From positions 224,001 to 288,000 of IMG/VR virus record IMGVR_UViG_3300043177_000122: a stretch of 64,000 bases of DNA. One strand, 5' to 3'. The notes under the pieces were generated by a model. It saw only the letters and a program-made list of their open reading frames with translations. It had not been told where the DNA came from and did no database searches. Below are positions 8,849 through 17,977 of this stretch, piece by piece; the stretch's first letter is position 1, and every line of letters begins with the position of its first letter. Origin of the DNA: a virus (taxonomy: Duplodnaviria > Caudoviricetes). A program made the position numbers and the translations under genes.

Positions 8849-9559
8849 ATGAGTTTGTTAGGGGTTACCGAGCTTTACAATTTGATTTCCAGGGGTTCAC
8901 AAGATGTGTCAACCAGGAAACAATCCAGATTGCTACGTAAAGTGGCTTTGGAAACAGTAACGGCTGGTCAAGGGTTTACCAAAATGGCCTTTGATACTCG
9001 TCGTATTGATCAAGAAACAGAATACAATCCTCGTAGAGGTCTTCAGAATTATCAGCGTAGCGAACAGTTTATTTCCGAAGGTCTTGCTCAAAGAATTAAA
9101 AATTTTGCTAAACTTCGTAAAGTTCTTAATGGAATAAAAGAGGTTTATGGTAAAGATAATGATTGGCAAGATAGTAATGCCCGTATTCTTTTGACAGCTA
9201 TTGATAAAGGACTTCGCACTGGTCTGGATGATGGTGATTTTGGAGCACAGAATCAACCAGGTGTTGGTAGTTTTGACTACTTAGAAGAACTTATGAATGT
9301 TAGATATCGTTTAACTTATGACGATCTAATTAGAATGGGTGAATCCGAACTCAAGAATGTTATATTATCAAAGGATGAGGAGCTTGTGCGCAAAGATGTG
9401 AAACAAGCTTTGGAAATTACTAAAAACGATGTCGCCACTAAGGGTTATGACTCATTGATTGAAAAGCTTTTAGAAGGATGTAAGGCAAGTGCCGAGAATC
9501 CTGATGTTGAAAGAACAATCACCATAACTATTAGAGACAAATTTCATAAAGAGGGCTAA
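8849..9559 (+). CDS. Hypothetical protein (possible head-associated; carries K-x-A motifs)
   Basis: 236 aa ORF; GAGG RBS; LRKVA and FTKMA near the N-terminus. Confidence 0.6.
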   Translation: MSLLGVTELYNLISRGSQDVSTRKQSRLLRKVALETVTAGQGFTKMAFDTRRIDQETEYNPRRGLQNYQRSEQFISEGLAQRIKNFAKLRKVLNGIKEVYGKDNDWQDSNARILLTAIDKGLRTGLDDGDFGAQNQPGVGSFDYLEELMNVRYRLTYDDLIRMGESELKNVILSKDEELVRKDVKQALEITKNDVATKGYDSLIEKLLEGCKASAENPDVERTITITIRDKFHKEG

Positions 9560-9562
9560 GTC

Positions 9563-10252
9563 ATGGGAATGAATGTTTTCGCCCCGCATCAGCCTCAATG
9601 TGGACAATTCATAGTAAGAAATGTCTCGCCTCAGCGCAAGACTATTTTTATTTTCAATTATCCAATCAATCTAAACGAAACTAGAGATCTACTTAAAATA
9701 CCTGGAATATTTGAAGCAGAAATCAAATCATCTTTGATGAAAGGAACGCTCAGAAGAAAGTTTCTTAACAAAGATATTGAGCTAGTTATTAGTAATATTG
9801 ATTTGTTGCAATTTACTGATTGTGGCATTCAATACCTAGAAGGTTATGGGTTTACTACTGGTGTAAGAATTGGATTTGATCAATTAGATGGTTATGTTCA
9901 GAATTTGATTACTAGTAGTGGAGGGGGTGGACTTACTCCAAATGAGCATCGCACTTTAAGACACTTAATTCATTTTATTGATGAAGGCCCAGGTGATGGT
10001 TTTGCATCAGGAGCTTTCAAAGAGGTACTACCCCCTGGAAGTCCATTTCCAACATCTATCACTTGGTACTTAGATGTAGCGAAAACTAAAAAGTTAGTAG
10101 AAAAGTTTATTACTTATACCAATGTAGCATTTCCAACAACTATACATTGGAATATGTATGATTATGATGGTGTGACTATTGTACATACAGTCATTGATAC
10201 TATCACATATAATACTGCTTTTGAAGGCACAAGAACAAGGACGATACTCTAA
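9563..10252 (+). CDS. Hypothetical virion protein
   Basis: 229 aa ORF, TAATG-coupled to the next gene. Confidence 0.6.
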   Translation: MGMNVFAPHQPQCGQFIVRNVSPQRKTIFIFNYPINLNETRDLLKIPGIFEAEIKSSLMKGTLRRKFLNKDIELVISNIDLLQFTDCGIQYLEGYGFTTGVRIGFDQLDGYVQNLITSSGGGGLTPNEHRTLRHLIHFIDEGPGDGFASGAFKEVLPPGSPFPTSITWYLDVAKTKKLVEKFITYTNVAFPTTIHWNMYDYDGVTIVHTVIDTITYNTAFEGTRTRTIL

Positions 10253-10749
10253 TGTCTAATGAGTCACCAGCAGCGATTCTGTTTAATGACCTTGGGTTTC
10301 CGATTGGAGTCCTGTACGATGGATATGTTTATCGTCTTCAAACAGAAAGTGTATTAAATGACCCAGCCGGTCATGGTCCGGTAACTGTTAAGCCAAGCAA
10401 TCAAGCTGCCGTCTCGTCCGACCGAGCTTTGGTTGTTGCTATTTCACCAAATAACTCTTTTACTGTTTCTCAAGCCAAACCGGCTACTACGGCAACTTCC
10501 AGTGTTCCAGCCGCCATAACTGACACCACACTTTTATCAGCCAATAGTATACGATTAGGAGCGACAATATATAATAACTCCATGCATTTTTTGTATCTCA
10601 AACTTGGTTCATCAGTCTCGTTAGCTGATTTTACTATTAAGTTATTTCCTTTAAGTTACTATGAAGTACCTTACGGATACACTGGTCAAATAAATGGAAT
10701 TTGGTCTCAAGCAAATGGGTCAGCAAAAATAACCGAATTGACTCCATAA
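10252..10749 (+). CDS. Virion appendage protein, paralogue of 10811
   Basis: C-terminal ~90 aa (RLGATIYN...LYLKLG...YTG...ITELTP) clearly matches the C-terminus of 10811. Confidence 0.6.
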   Translation: MSNESPAAILFNDLGFPIGVLYDGYVYRLQTESVLNDPAGHGPVTVKPSNQAAVSSDRALVVAISPNNSFTVSQAKPATTATSSVPAAITDTTLLSANSIRLGATIYNNSMHFLYLKLGSSVSLADFTIKLFPLSYYEVPYGYTGQINGIWSQANGSAKITELTP

Positions 10750-10810
10750 ATATACTACTAAACCCATATTTAAAGTAGTAAGTTAAATTATATTAACTTA
10801 AGGAACAACT

Positions 10811-11869
10811 ATGTCAGGAATATCTCCATCATCAGTTTTGTTTAGTTCAGACGGCTATGAATTAGCAGTAGTTCATAACGATCCATTTGTACCTGGTACT
10901 CGTAGTATTCTATTTGCAGGTAATGATGGCACCAATACTCGTACAATTCTAATTGACTCTTCAGCACGTCAGATAGTGGCTGGTGCAGGCACTGCAGGAT
11001 CTCCTGCTGGCGGCGTAATCACCATCCAGGGTGATCCGTCAATGACTCCAGTCATTGTTAATCAGGGAACTAATCCTTGGACTGTTAGCGGTACAGTAGC
11101 TGTAAGCTCCGTATCTGGTACAGTAGCTGTTACCCAGTCTACCTCTCCTTGGGTAGTAAGCGGAACAGTTACCTCTAACCAGGGTACACCAAACTCTCTA
11201 GCCAACGCTTGGCCAATTACTATTACAGATGGTTATGGTAATATTCAAGGCTCTGCTGTAAACCCAGTATATGTAGCTGGTACTATCAGTGCAACTAACC
11301 CATCTGTAGGTTCTAACAATGCAGCCGCTCTTGGATTCGATACTCAAGTAGGTGGTATTGTAGCTACAGCCGCTCCTACATTAACCAACGGTAACTTGAG
11401 CGCACTATCTCTTACTACTCTTGGTGGTTTGAGAATTGACGGTGTTTATGCTGGTGCAACAGCAACTTCCACTGCAACTGATATGATGGTTAACGGTGGT
11501 TATGTAACAACTGCTGCCCCATCTTACACTAACAATACTCTAAATGCGCTATCTCTTGATACTGCTGGTAGTTTGAGAGTAGTTAGCAAGAAAGCAGGAG
11601 CATCTACTGTAACTGCTGTTAATGCTGTAGCAAACTCTAGCTATACTGCATTGGCTGCCAATGCTAGCAGACTAGGAGCTTTCATCTTTAATGACACTAA
11701 TAAAACTTTGTACGTTAAACTTGGAGCTACTGCAAGTACAACTAGTTTTACTACTGTACTTTTCAGCAAAGCTTACTGGGAAACTCCAGCAGATTATACC
11801 GGTATCATCGATGTATTCTCCCCAAGTGGTACCTCTGGAAATGTTTTGGTTACCGAAATCACTCCATAA
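10811..11869 (+). CDS. Fibre/appendage protein (Gly/Ser/Thr-rich repeats, C-terminal beta domain)
   Basis: AAGGA RBS; repeated GG.V.T.AP..TN..L..LSL modules; shares modules with 10252 and 11977. Confidence 0.6.
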   Translation: MSGISPSSVLFSSDGYELAVVHNDPFVPGTRSILFAGNDGTNTRTILIDSSARQIVAGAGTAGSPAGGVITIQGDPSMTPVIVNQGTNPWTVSGTVAVSSVSGTVAVTQSTSPWVVSGTVTSNQGTPNSLANAWPITITDGYGNIQGSAVNPVYVAGTISATNPSVGSNNAAALGFDTQVGGIVATAAPTLTNGNLSALSLTTLGGLRIDGVYAGATATSTATDMMVNGGYVTTAAPSYTNNTLNALSLDTAGSLRVVSKKAGASTVTAVNAVANSSYTALAANASRLGAFIFNDTNKTLYVKLGATASTTSFTTVLFSKAYWETPADYTGIIDVFSPSGTSGNVLVTEITP

Positions 11870-11907
11870 TTTAAGTAATTGATAGTTAGTCAATATAAAT
11901 AAATTCT

Positions 11908-11937
11908 GAAAAGCTCGTTAGTGATGGCGGGCTTTTC
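11908..11937 (+). terminator. Rho-independent terminator
   Basis: GAAAAGCTCG-N10-CGGGCTTTTC followed by a T-rich tract. Confidence 0.7.
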
Positions 11938-11976
11938 TATTTTGTTCATAATAGTGCATAAGTAAGAAGAGGAAAT

Positions 11977-13443
11977 ATGTCATCAGGCTCAGAAGCAGTA
12001 TTATATGATATTTTTGGCGACCCAATGGCTGTGGAAGTTGACACTGCCATACCGGCAGGGACAGCTTTGCTTATTGGGGGAGGTTCTGATGGTACCAATG
12101 CTAGATACATTAAAGTAGATTCTTCCGGAAATCAAGTAATGATTGGTCTTGGTGCTGCAGGATCACCTGCTGGTGGTGTTCTTTCTATTCAAGGAGTAGG
12201 AGGAGGAACACCTGTTCCTGTTTCAGGGACCGTAACAGCAAATGCAGGATCTGGAAATTTTTCAGTAGTACAGGCTACGGCTGCAAACTTAAATGCAACA
12301 GTAATTGGAACTGTAACTTCTAATATAGGTACAACTGGTGGTTTAGCTCTTGAAACAACATTATCTAAACTAACTATTACCCCAGGAGCTGCAATTGGCT
12401 CAAATACATTAGCTATGATTGGTGGACATGTTACTACTACCTCCCCAACATATACTAATGGAAATATCAATCCATTATCTTTAACTACAGCAGGAGCTTT
12501 AAGAGTTGATGCTTCAAATGTAGTACATCCAGTTTCGCAAAGTGGAACTTGGACAGTTCAGCAAGGAACTCCACCTTGGTCAGTTATTGGCCCTGCTGCT
12601 AATGGCGACGCATTATCAGGTAATCCTGTTAGAGTTGCAGGATCAGACGGAGCAAATACTAGAAATATATTAACAGATACTTCTGGGCGAATAGTTATTA
12701 TAGGGGCGGGTGCAGCTAATGCTGCATTAACAGGCAATCCAGTTTTAATTGGGGAATCAGATGGTACTAATTTACAAATTCCAAGAGTATTTGATTTAGA
12801 TACTGGTGCCGGCTCACAATATGTTAGTGGAGTAAATTTGAGATTCTCTGCCTCAGGAGGATCTGTAGAGGCTGGAACATCTTTAAATCCAATTAACATT
12901 ACTGGAACTGTAATTACATCAGAAACTGGCGGAACATCACCAACTTTTTATGTAATATTTGATAGAATAATACCTGGAAATAATAAATACATGGCTACTC
13001 TTTTTAATACTAGTTCCACTAAGAAAATTGTCGTGTATAAAATAAGTCGTTATAATTGGCAAGTTGCTGCTGTAAACGGGCAAACATTAGAGCAATATTT
13101 AACTAAAATATCTGCAAGAACTGCAGGGACTGCTGCTACTATTTATCCTTCTGATAGTTCTGATATATTGCCTGCTGGAATTACAGCCCATACTAATTCT
13201 ACAGGTGTTACAGAAACTAATTTAATTAGAAGATTTTTTGCTTCATCTGAAGAAGCTAATTTATCTAACTCTAATTTTTATAATGCTTTAAGCTTAGATT
13301 ATTCTGTAGCCATCTATGAAAGAGTTGTTGGTACAAGAGGGTTAGTTTTAAGACAAAATGAAGGTATTGCTATAAGAAATGTAACTAATTCAACAGTTGG
13401 AACAGTATCATATGCTTTTGAATTTGTTGTTGAGGACGTATAA
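11977..13443 (+). CDS. Fibre/appendage protein, paralogue of 10811
   Basis: Shared GSDGTN.R.I..DSSG and AGSPAGGV..IQG modules; GAGG RBS. Confidence 0.6.
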   Translation: MSSGSEAVLYDIFGDPMAVEVDTAIPAGTALLIGGGSDGTNARYIKVDSSGNQVMIGLGAAGSPAGGVLSIQGVGGGTPVPVSGTVTANAGSGNFSVVQATAANLNATVIGTVTSNIGTTGGLALETTLSKLTITPGAAIGSNTLAMIGGHVTTTSPTYTNGNINPLSLTTAGALRVDASNVVHPVSQSGTWTVQQGTPPWSVIGPAANGDALSGNPVRVAGSDGANTRNILTDTSGRIVIIGAGAANAALTGNPVLIGESDGTNLQIPRVFDLDTGAGSQYVSGVNLRFSASGGSVEAGTSLNPINITGTVITSETGGTSPTFYVIFDRIIPGNNKYMATLFNTSSTKKIVVYKISRYNWQVAAVNGQTLEQYLTKISARTAGTAATIYPSDSSDILPAGITAHTNSTGVTETNLIRRFFASSEEANLSNSNFYNALSLDYSVAIYERVVGTRGLVLRQNEGIAIRNVTNSTVGTVSYAFEFVVEDV

Positions 13444-14411
13444 TGCATTTAACAATTGGTAGTGGATTAATTTCTGTATATAAAACATGGAGTGATATGA
13501 AAGCCATTATTTCTCAGAAGAGGCTTTCTTTGCAATATGATGAAGATAATGAATTATATAAGCTATTTTTATTGGATGACAAAATAGTTTATTTATGTAT
13601 AATATACAAGGGAACCGTTCCAGTAGAATCTGGTATTACACAAGTAGATAATGATAATGATAAAACTGATTTTGAAACAAATTACAAAAATTATTGTAAT
13701 TATCCAATCAATTTTAATCCTCTTTTAGATCCTAGGATTATTCACAAATTTGGTAATATCACTACAACAGCAGTTACTGAGGTATTATGCTCAACTAGAA
13801 CATACAATGAGCAAGCAGCGCAAGCTCAACGTTCCGTTAAATCAAGCAGTGCTCAAGATGCAGACGCAGGATCTGGCGCCAAAGCTGTTCGTTTAGTATA
13901 TTTAGATTCTAACTATGTGAAAAAATCAGAAATAATAACATTAAATGGTACAACCGCCGTTGCGACGGTAGCAACGGATATAAGATTTGTTGAGTCATTT
14001 GATGTTGTTCAGGGCGCTGCTGCTGCTGGAGCTATAGAATTATGGACAAATACTAATGGTACTGGTACTGCTATTTGCGGAATTGCCTCTGCAACTACTA
14101 GTGCATTTTTATGTCATCATTATGTTCCTGCTGGAATGATATGTATTGTGTATAACTGGGGAGGCACCTGTAGTGATGATGTTAGTTTTAAACTATGGGG
14201 ACAGCAGATTGTAAATAATAACAGAACAAATCAGATTATTGATTTAGATAATTTGACCGGTTTAACTGCAGGCACAAGATCATCATTTAATAGAAATCTA
14301 GGAGGTGTTGTTATAGGAGAGAAATGTTATATAAGAGTAACAATTGTTCCAGGACAAACGGGAAGCACAATTACTAGAGCTACTTTAGACTTATATGAAG
14401 ATAAAGCTTAA
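13443..14411 (+). CDS. Hypothetical virion protein
   Basis: 322 aa ORF with TAATG coupling; beta-rich. Confidence 0.55.
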   Translation: MHLTIGSGLISVYKTWSDMKAIISQKRLSLQYDEDNELYKLFLLDDKIVYLCIIYKGTVPVESGITQVDNDNDKTDFETNYKNYCNYPINFNPLLDPRIIHKFGNITTTAVTEVLCSTRTYNEQAAQAQRSVKSSSAQDADAGSGAKAVRLVYLDSNYVKKSEIITLNGTTAVATVATDIRFVESFDVVQGAAAAGAIELWTNTNGTGTAICGIASATTSAFLCHHYVPAGMICIVYNWGGTCSDDVSFKLWGQQIVNNNRTNQIIDLDNLTGLTAGTRSSFNRNLGGVVIGEKCYIRVTIVPGQTGSTITRATLDLYEDKA

Positions 14412-14423
14412 TTAGGAGATTGC

Positions 14424-15626
14424 ATGAAGAATATTTTAATTTTATTAGGTTGTTTGTTAGCTGTTTTAGTATCAAGTTGCGCAGCATCTAATACAGAATC
14501 ATGCATTGAATCATCAAATGTTTTAGAATCTCAGACATCTAATATTTCAGTATGTTTAACTCCTTCGCAATTAGTAACAGATTTAACAAATGCAAGCCAA
14601 TCTAATGTAATAAGTTTAAGCGGCGTAAATCCACTTAACTGTCCAGAGGTTTCTATGACTGAAACTTGGACGGGTGGCAAATTAGTTTTCTCTGATTCTC
14701 CAGAAAGCCCATCTGTTAGGGCAAAACTATATGAAGATCCGAATTTGCCAGCAACTTCTGGAACAAATTATCATAGATTATTTGTTTATCATGTCAATGG
14801 CAAATCATCAGGCAATATGAGATTTACTGTTTTAGTAAAAAACACCAGCGCTTCTAGTGCAACTTTAACTGTACAAAAGAAAGGTACTGCAGGACCTTCT
14901 ACAAGTTATTTATATACTGGTAAACTTGGATTTAATAGATGGACAACATCAACTGCAAGCTCTCCAGTTACTGTTAATCCAGGATCAACTGTTAGATTAG
15001 ATACTACATTTGATAGTACTAATGTTGGACCAGGTAACTTACTACATGGAATTTGGGATTATTCTATGACTCAATCTCATCAGGTAACAATTTGTGCATT
15101 AAATCAAAATGATAATCCATTAAGTGTTTGTCCGGGCTTATCTGTGACTGCAAGAGACACTCATAATCGTGGAACTTTTCCATTTGCAGACAAAGTCTAT
15201 GACACTTCTGTTGGTGTCACTGTAGATACTGCTGATGGTATTCAGCAATTTGCCTTAGCAAGTGGCATGGTTTATGATACATGGGCAGTAGGAACTGATG
15301 TAACTGACGGATCTACGCAAACTCTAAATGGTAATTATGGCGTTTTGTATCGTATGCATCTTAATACTTCTAATTCAGATGGCCAAAAATTTGGGTTCTT
15401 ACTTAATCCAAGAGGTGGTCAATGGGGCGGGGCTGTATGGGCAGCACCGGGAATTACACCAGGTGGTAAATTCTTAATTCCGGCAGCTAGCGGATCAACT
15501 GGTGATAATACTAAAGGCGCTGTAGAGGGGAAATATAATCCTACTAGTGTTCCATCACCATGGCTTCAGTTTATGCCAACTGGTGGAGCTTCTTTCCCAT
15601 TAAGATTTGTTATGGTTCCTCACTAA
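14424..15626 (+). CDS. Predicted lipoprotein with a large extracytoplasmic beta domain
   Basis: AGGAG RBS; MKNILILLGCLLAVL-VSSC signal peptide with lipobox (Cys19). Confidence 0.7.
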   Translation: MKNILILLGCLLAVLVSSCAASNTESCIESSNVLESQTSNISVCLTPSQLVTDLTNASQSNVISLSGVNPLNCPEVSMTETWTGGKLVFSDSPESPSVRAKLYEDPNLPATSGTNYHRLFVYHVNGKSSGNMRFTVLVKNTSASSATLTVQKKGTAGPSTSYLYTGKLGFNRWTTSTASSPVTVNPGSTVRLDTTFDSTNVGPGNLLHGIWDYSMTQSHQVTICALNQNDNPLSVCPGLSVTARDTHNRGTFPFADKVYDTSVGVTVDTADGIQQFALASGMVYDTWAVGTDVTDGSTQTLNGNYGVLYRMHLNTSNSDGQKFGFLLNPRGGQWGGAVWAAPGITPGGKFLIPAASGSTGDNTKGAVEGKYNPTSVPSPWLQFMPTGGASFPLRFVMVPH

Positions 15627-15647
15627 AAATATCTTAATTTAATAATG

Positions 15648-15685
15648 AAAGCTCGGTGATAATATCACCGAGCTTTTCTTTTTTT
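15648..15685 (+). terminator. Rho-independent terminator
   Basis: Perfect AAAGCTCGGTGAT-AAT-ATCACCGAGCTTT followed by a long T run. Confidence 0.9.
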
Positions 15686-15701
15686 CATCTGGTTAATTTG
15701 A

Positions 15702-16262
15702 TATATCCTTCAAACACTTGATCCAACCAGAAATTTTGATGGCGTTATGTTGGATGTTGAGTACTGGACTGATGGTGGTTTGGACGTTAAAGATAACTGC
15801 TCTGGTCTTTGTGATTTAATGAGACTATTTAGAACTACCCTAAATATTCCAGTTGGCTGTTTCGCGGGATTCTTCCTTAAAGATAATACCGCCACTCGCG
15901 CCTCCTTTACTTATAATGGTAAGTCTGCTCAAGATGGTGAGCACTTGATGGACAACTCTGACTTAACTGTCGTAGGCGCTTATCGTGATCATGCAAATGA
16001 TAACAGTACTGATGGTCATGGACAAATTACTTTGTTCCAACCATGGTATGACTATGCTAGCCAGCATGGTAAGAACCTTCCTCTAATGTGTGGCTCTGAG
16101 ACTATTGATGTTTCTCCAGCATACATTACTTACTTCGGTGCTTCTAAGGCTTCTATGGAAACCGAACACACTACTATCTCTAACACTTTCAGAGTTGCAA
16201 CTAACTCTTGTTTTGTTGGTCAAGCCGTTCACAGCTATGACGGCTGGAAGGCTATGTCCTAA
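15702..16262 (+). pseudogene. N-terminally truncated TIM-barrel glycoside-hydrolase-like protein
   Basis: Frame is open from 15702 and reads ...RNFDGVMLDVEYW; ATG 15747 has no RBS and lies inside that motif; later AYRD, GSET and AVHSYDGW segments fit a barrel C-terminal half. Confidence 0.5.
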
Positions 16263-16287
16263 TTAAGATATCAATTTAATTAAGCAA

Positions 16288-16315
16288 GAAAACGGCGTCA
16301 AAAGACGCCGTTTTC
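16288..16315 (+). terminator. Rho-independent terminator (bidirectional type)
   Basis: GAAAACGGCGTC-AAAA-GACGCCGTTTTC. Confidence 0.85.
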
Positions 16316-16375
16316 ATTTGTATCTTACTAATCTGATATATCTTTTAAGAGGACTAATCAGAGAAGTGAGGCGAT

Positions 16376-17120
16376 ATGAGCAAGTATTACGTTTACCTGA
16401 TTACTAACTTTGTAAACGGAAAAGTTTATATTGGCAAAAGTAACAATCCTCAAGTTCGATGGGGAGATCATAGAAAAGTCGCACTCGGGGGAAAAGAAAA
16501 GTATCCATTAGAGTTTTTTGCTATACATGCCGCTATTCACAAGTACGGATTGAATAATTTCAAATTTGAAATTATCGATGAGTTTGATAACGAAAATGAG
16601 GCCTATAAAGCTGAAACTCAATATATTTTGTTAGCTTGTTCTAATTTGAAAGATTTTGGATATAACTGCAATCTTGGTGGTGAAGGTGGTATTAAACCTA
16701 CTGAAGAAACCAGGCAAAAATTGATTGCTGCTGCTAATAGGCCAGAAAAGATTAAACTGTCTTCAGATATGATGAAGAAGAGGCATCTAGAAAATCCAGG
16801 ATTTTTATCTGTTGTCCATAAAGGCAATCAATATACTAAAGGTAGGAAATTGTCACAACAAGAAAAAGATCACCTGTCCGAAGTATTTGCTGGGCGTGCG
16901 GTATCAGAAGAAACTAAGCAAAAAAATGTCTAAAGCCCAGTCCGGTGAAAAACATTCACAAGCCAGACTGACTGAAAAAGATGTATTACAAATAAGATCA
17001 GATTTCGCCCTATTAACATCTGGTAAGAAGCAGTTCATGCAAACGATGGGTATCAAATACGGTGTGGGACCCAAGACTATTGAGAATGTAGTTTATAGAT
17101 TATCTTGGAGCCATATATGA
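16376..17120 (+). mobile_element. GIY-YIG homing endonuclease gene split by a frameshift in an A7 run
   Basis: YYVYLITNFVNGKVYIG motif and NUMOD3-like EETRQK/EETKQK repeats; continues as MSKAQSGEKHSQARLTEKDV in the +1 frame after A7 at 16920-16926. Confidence 0.85.
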
Positions 17121-17977
17121 GAGCCTTAGTGCTCAGTGGAGGAGGATCGAAAGGTGCTTACCGGTGTGGCGCCTTACAATATATACTTGGAGAACTAGAA
17201 GTTCAGTATGATGCTTTATGTGGGGTATCAGTTGGTGCTATTAATGTTGCTTTTCTTGCAATGTATAAACATGGAGAAGAAAAGCGGTCAGCAAGCGTGC
17301 TCAAAAGTATGTGGAGGAGCTTAGACAACAGTAAAATATACAAGAGACACTTTCCGTTTGGCAGGTGGCACGCTATCTGGAAGAAGAGTTTTTTTGATAG
17401 TTCACCATTACACAACCTGTTAAAAACTAATATCTCTCTCGAAAAAATTAGAGCAAGTGGCAAACAGGTTAATGTTGGAACTGTTTCTTTGAGTTCTGGT
17501 AAGTATACCACTTTTGATCAAACATCAGATCATTTTATAGATGCAGTTATTGCCTCTGCTTCATTCCCTGGTATGCTGACGCCAGTTGAATTTCTAGGAC
17601 AGTTATGGACTGATGGTGGAATTAAAGAAATATCTCCAATCAAAAAGGCCGTTGAGCTTGGAGCAGATATCATTGATGTTATTATTTGTAATCCTAAAAC
17701 AAGAATCAAAAAATTTATCCCTAATCCAACCACCGTAGATGTTTTAAAGCGTAGTATGGATCTATCTACTGATAAAATCATGGCAAATGATATTGAAAAA
17801 GTAGAAATGTACAATTTATTAGCTAAAAATGGATTAACCGAAAAGAAATACGTTCAACTTAATATTGTGCGCCCGGACCTTAATTTGATTGAAGATTTAC
17901 TTGATTTTAGACCAGAAAAGATAAAGGAAATGATGGAGAAGGGTTATTTAGACGCTAAAAAATCATACACCTATTGA
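17117..17977 (+). CDS. Patatin-like phospholipase
   Basis: LSGGGSKG oxyanion loop, GVSVG nucleophile elbow, DGG catalytic Asp; start set at the ATGA overlap 17117. Confidence 0.9.
   Translation: MRALVLSGGGSKGAYRCGALQYILGELEVQYDALCGVSVGAINVAFLAMYKHGEEKRSASVLKSMWRSLDNSKIYKRHFPFGRWHAIWKKSFFDSSPLHNLLKTNISLEKIRASGKQVNVGTVSLSSGKYTTFDQTSDHFIDAVIASASFPGMLTPVEFLGQLWTDGGIKEISPIKKAVELGADIIDVIICNPKTRIKKFIPNPTTVDVLKRSMDLSTDKIMANDIEKVEMYNLLAKNGLTEKKYVQLNIVRPDLNLIEDLLDFRPEKIKEMMEKGYLDAKKSYTY

Noticed and set aside
15684-15730. Minus-strand C-terminal remnant (...VFEGYIKLTR*) as a partner fragment at scar 2
   Set aside because: Too short to distinguish from a chance open frame.
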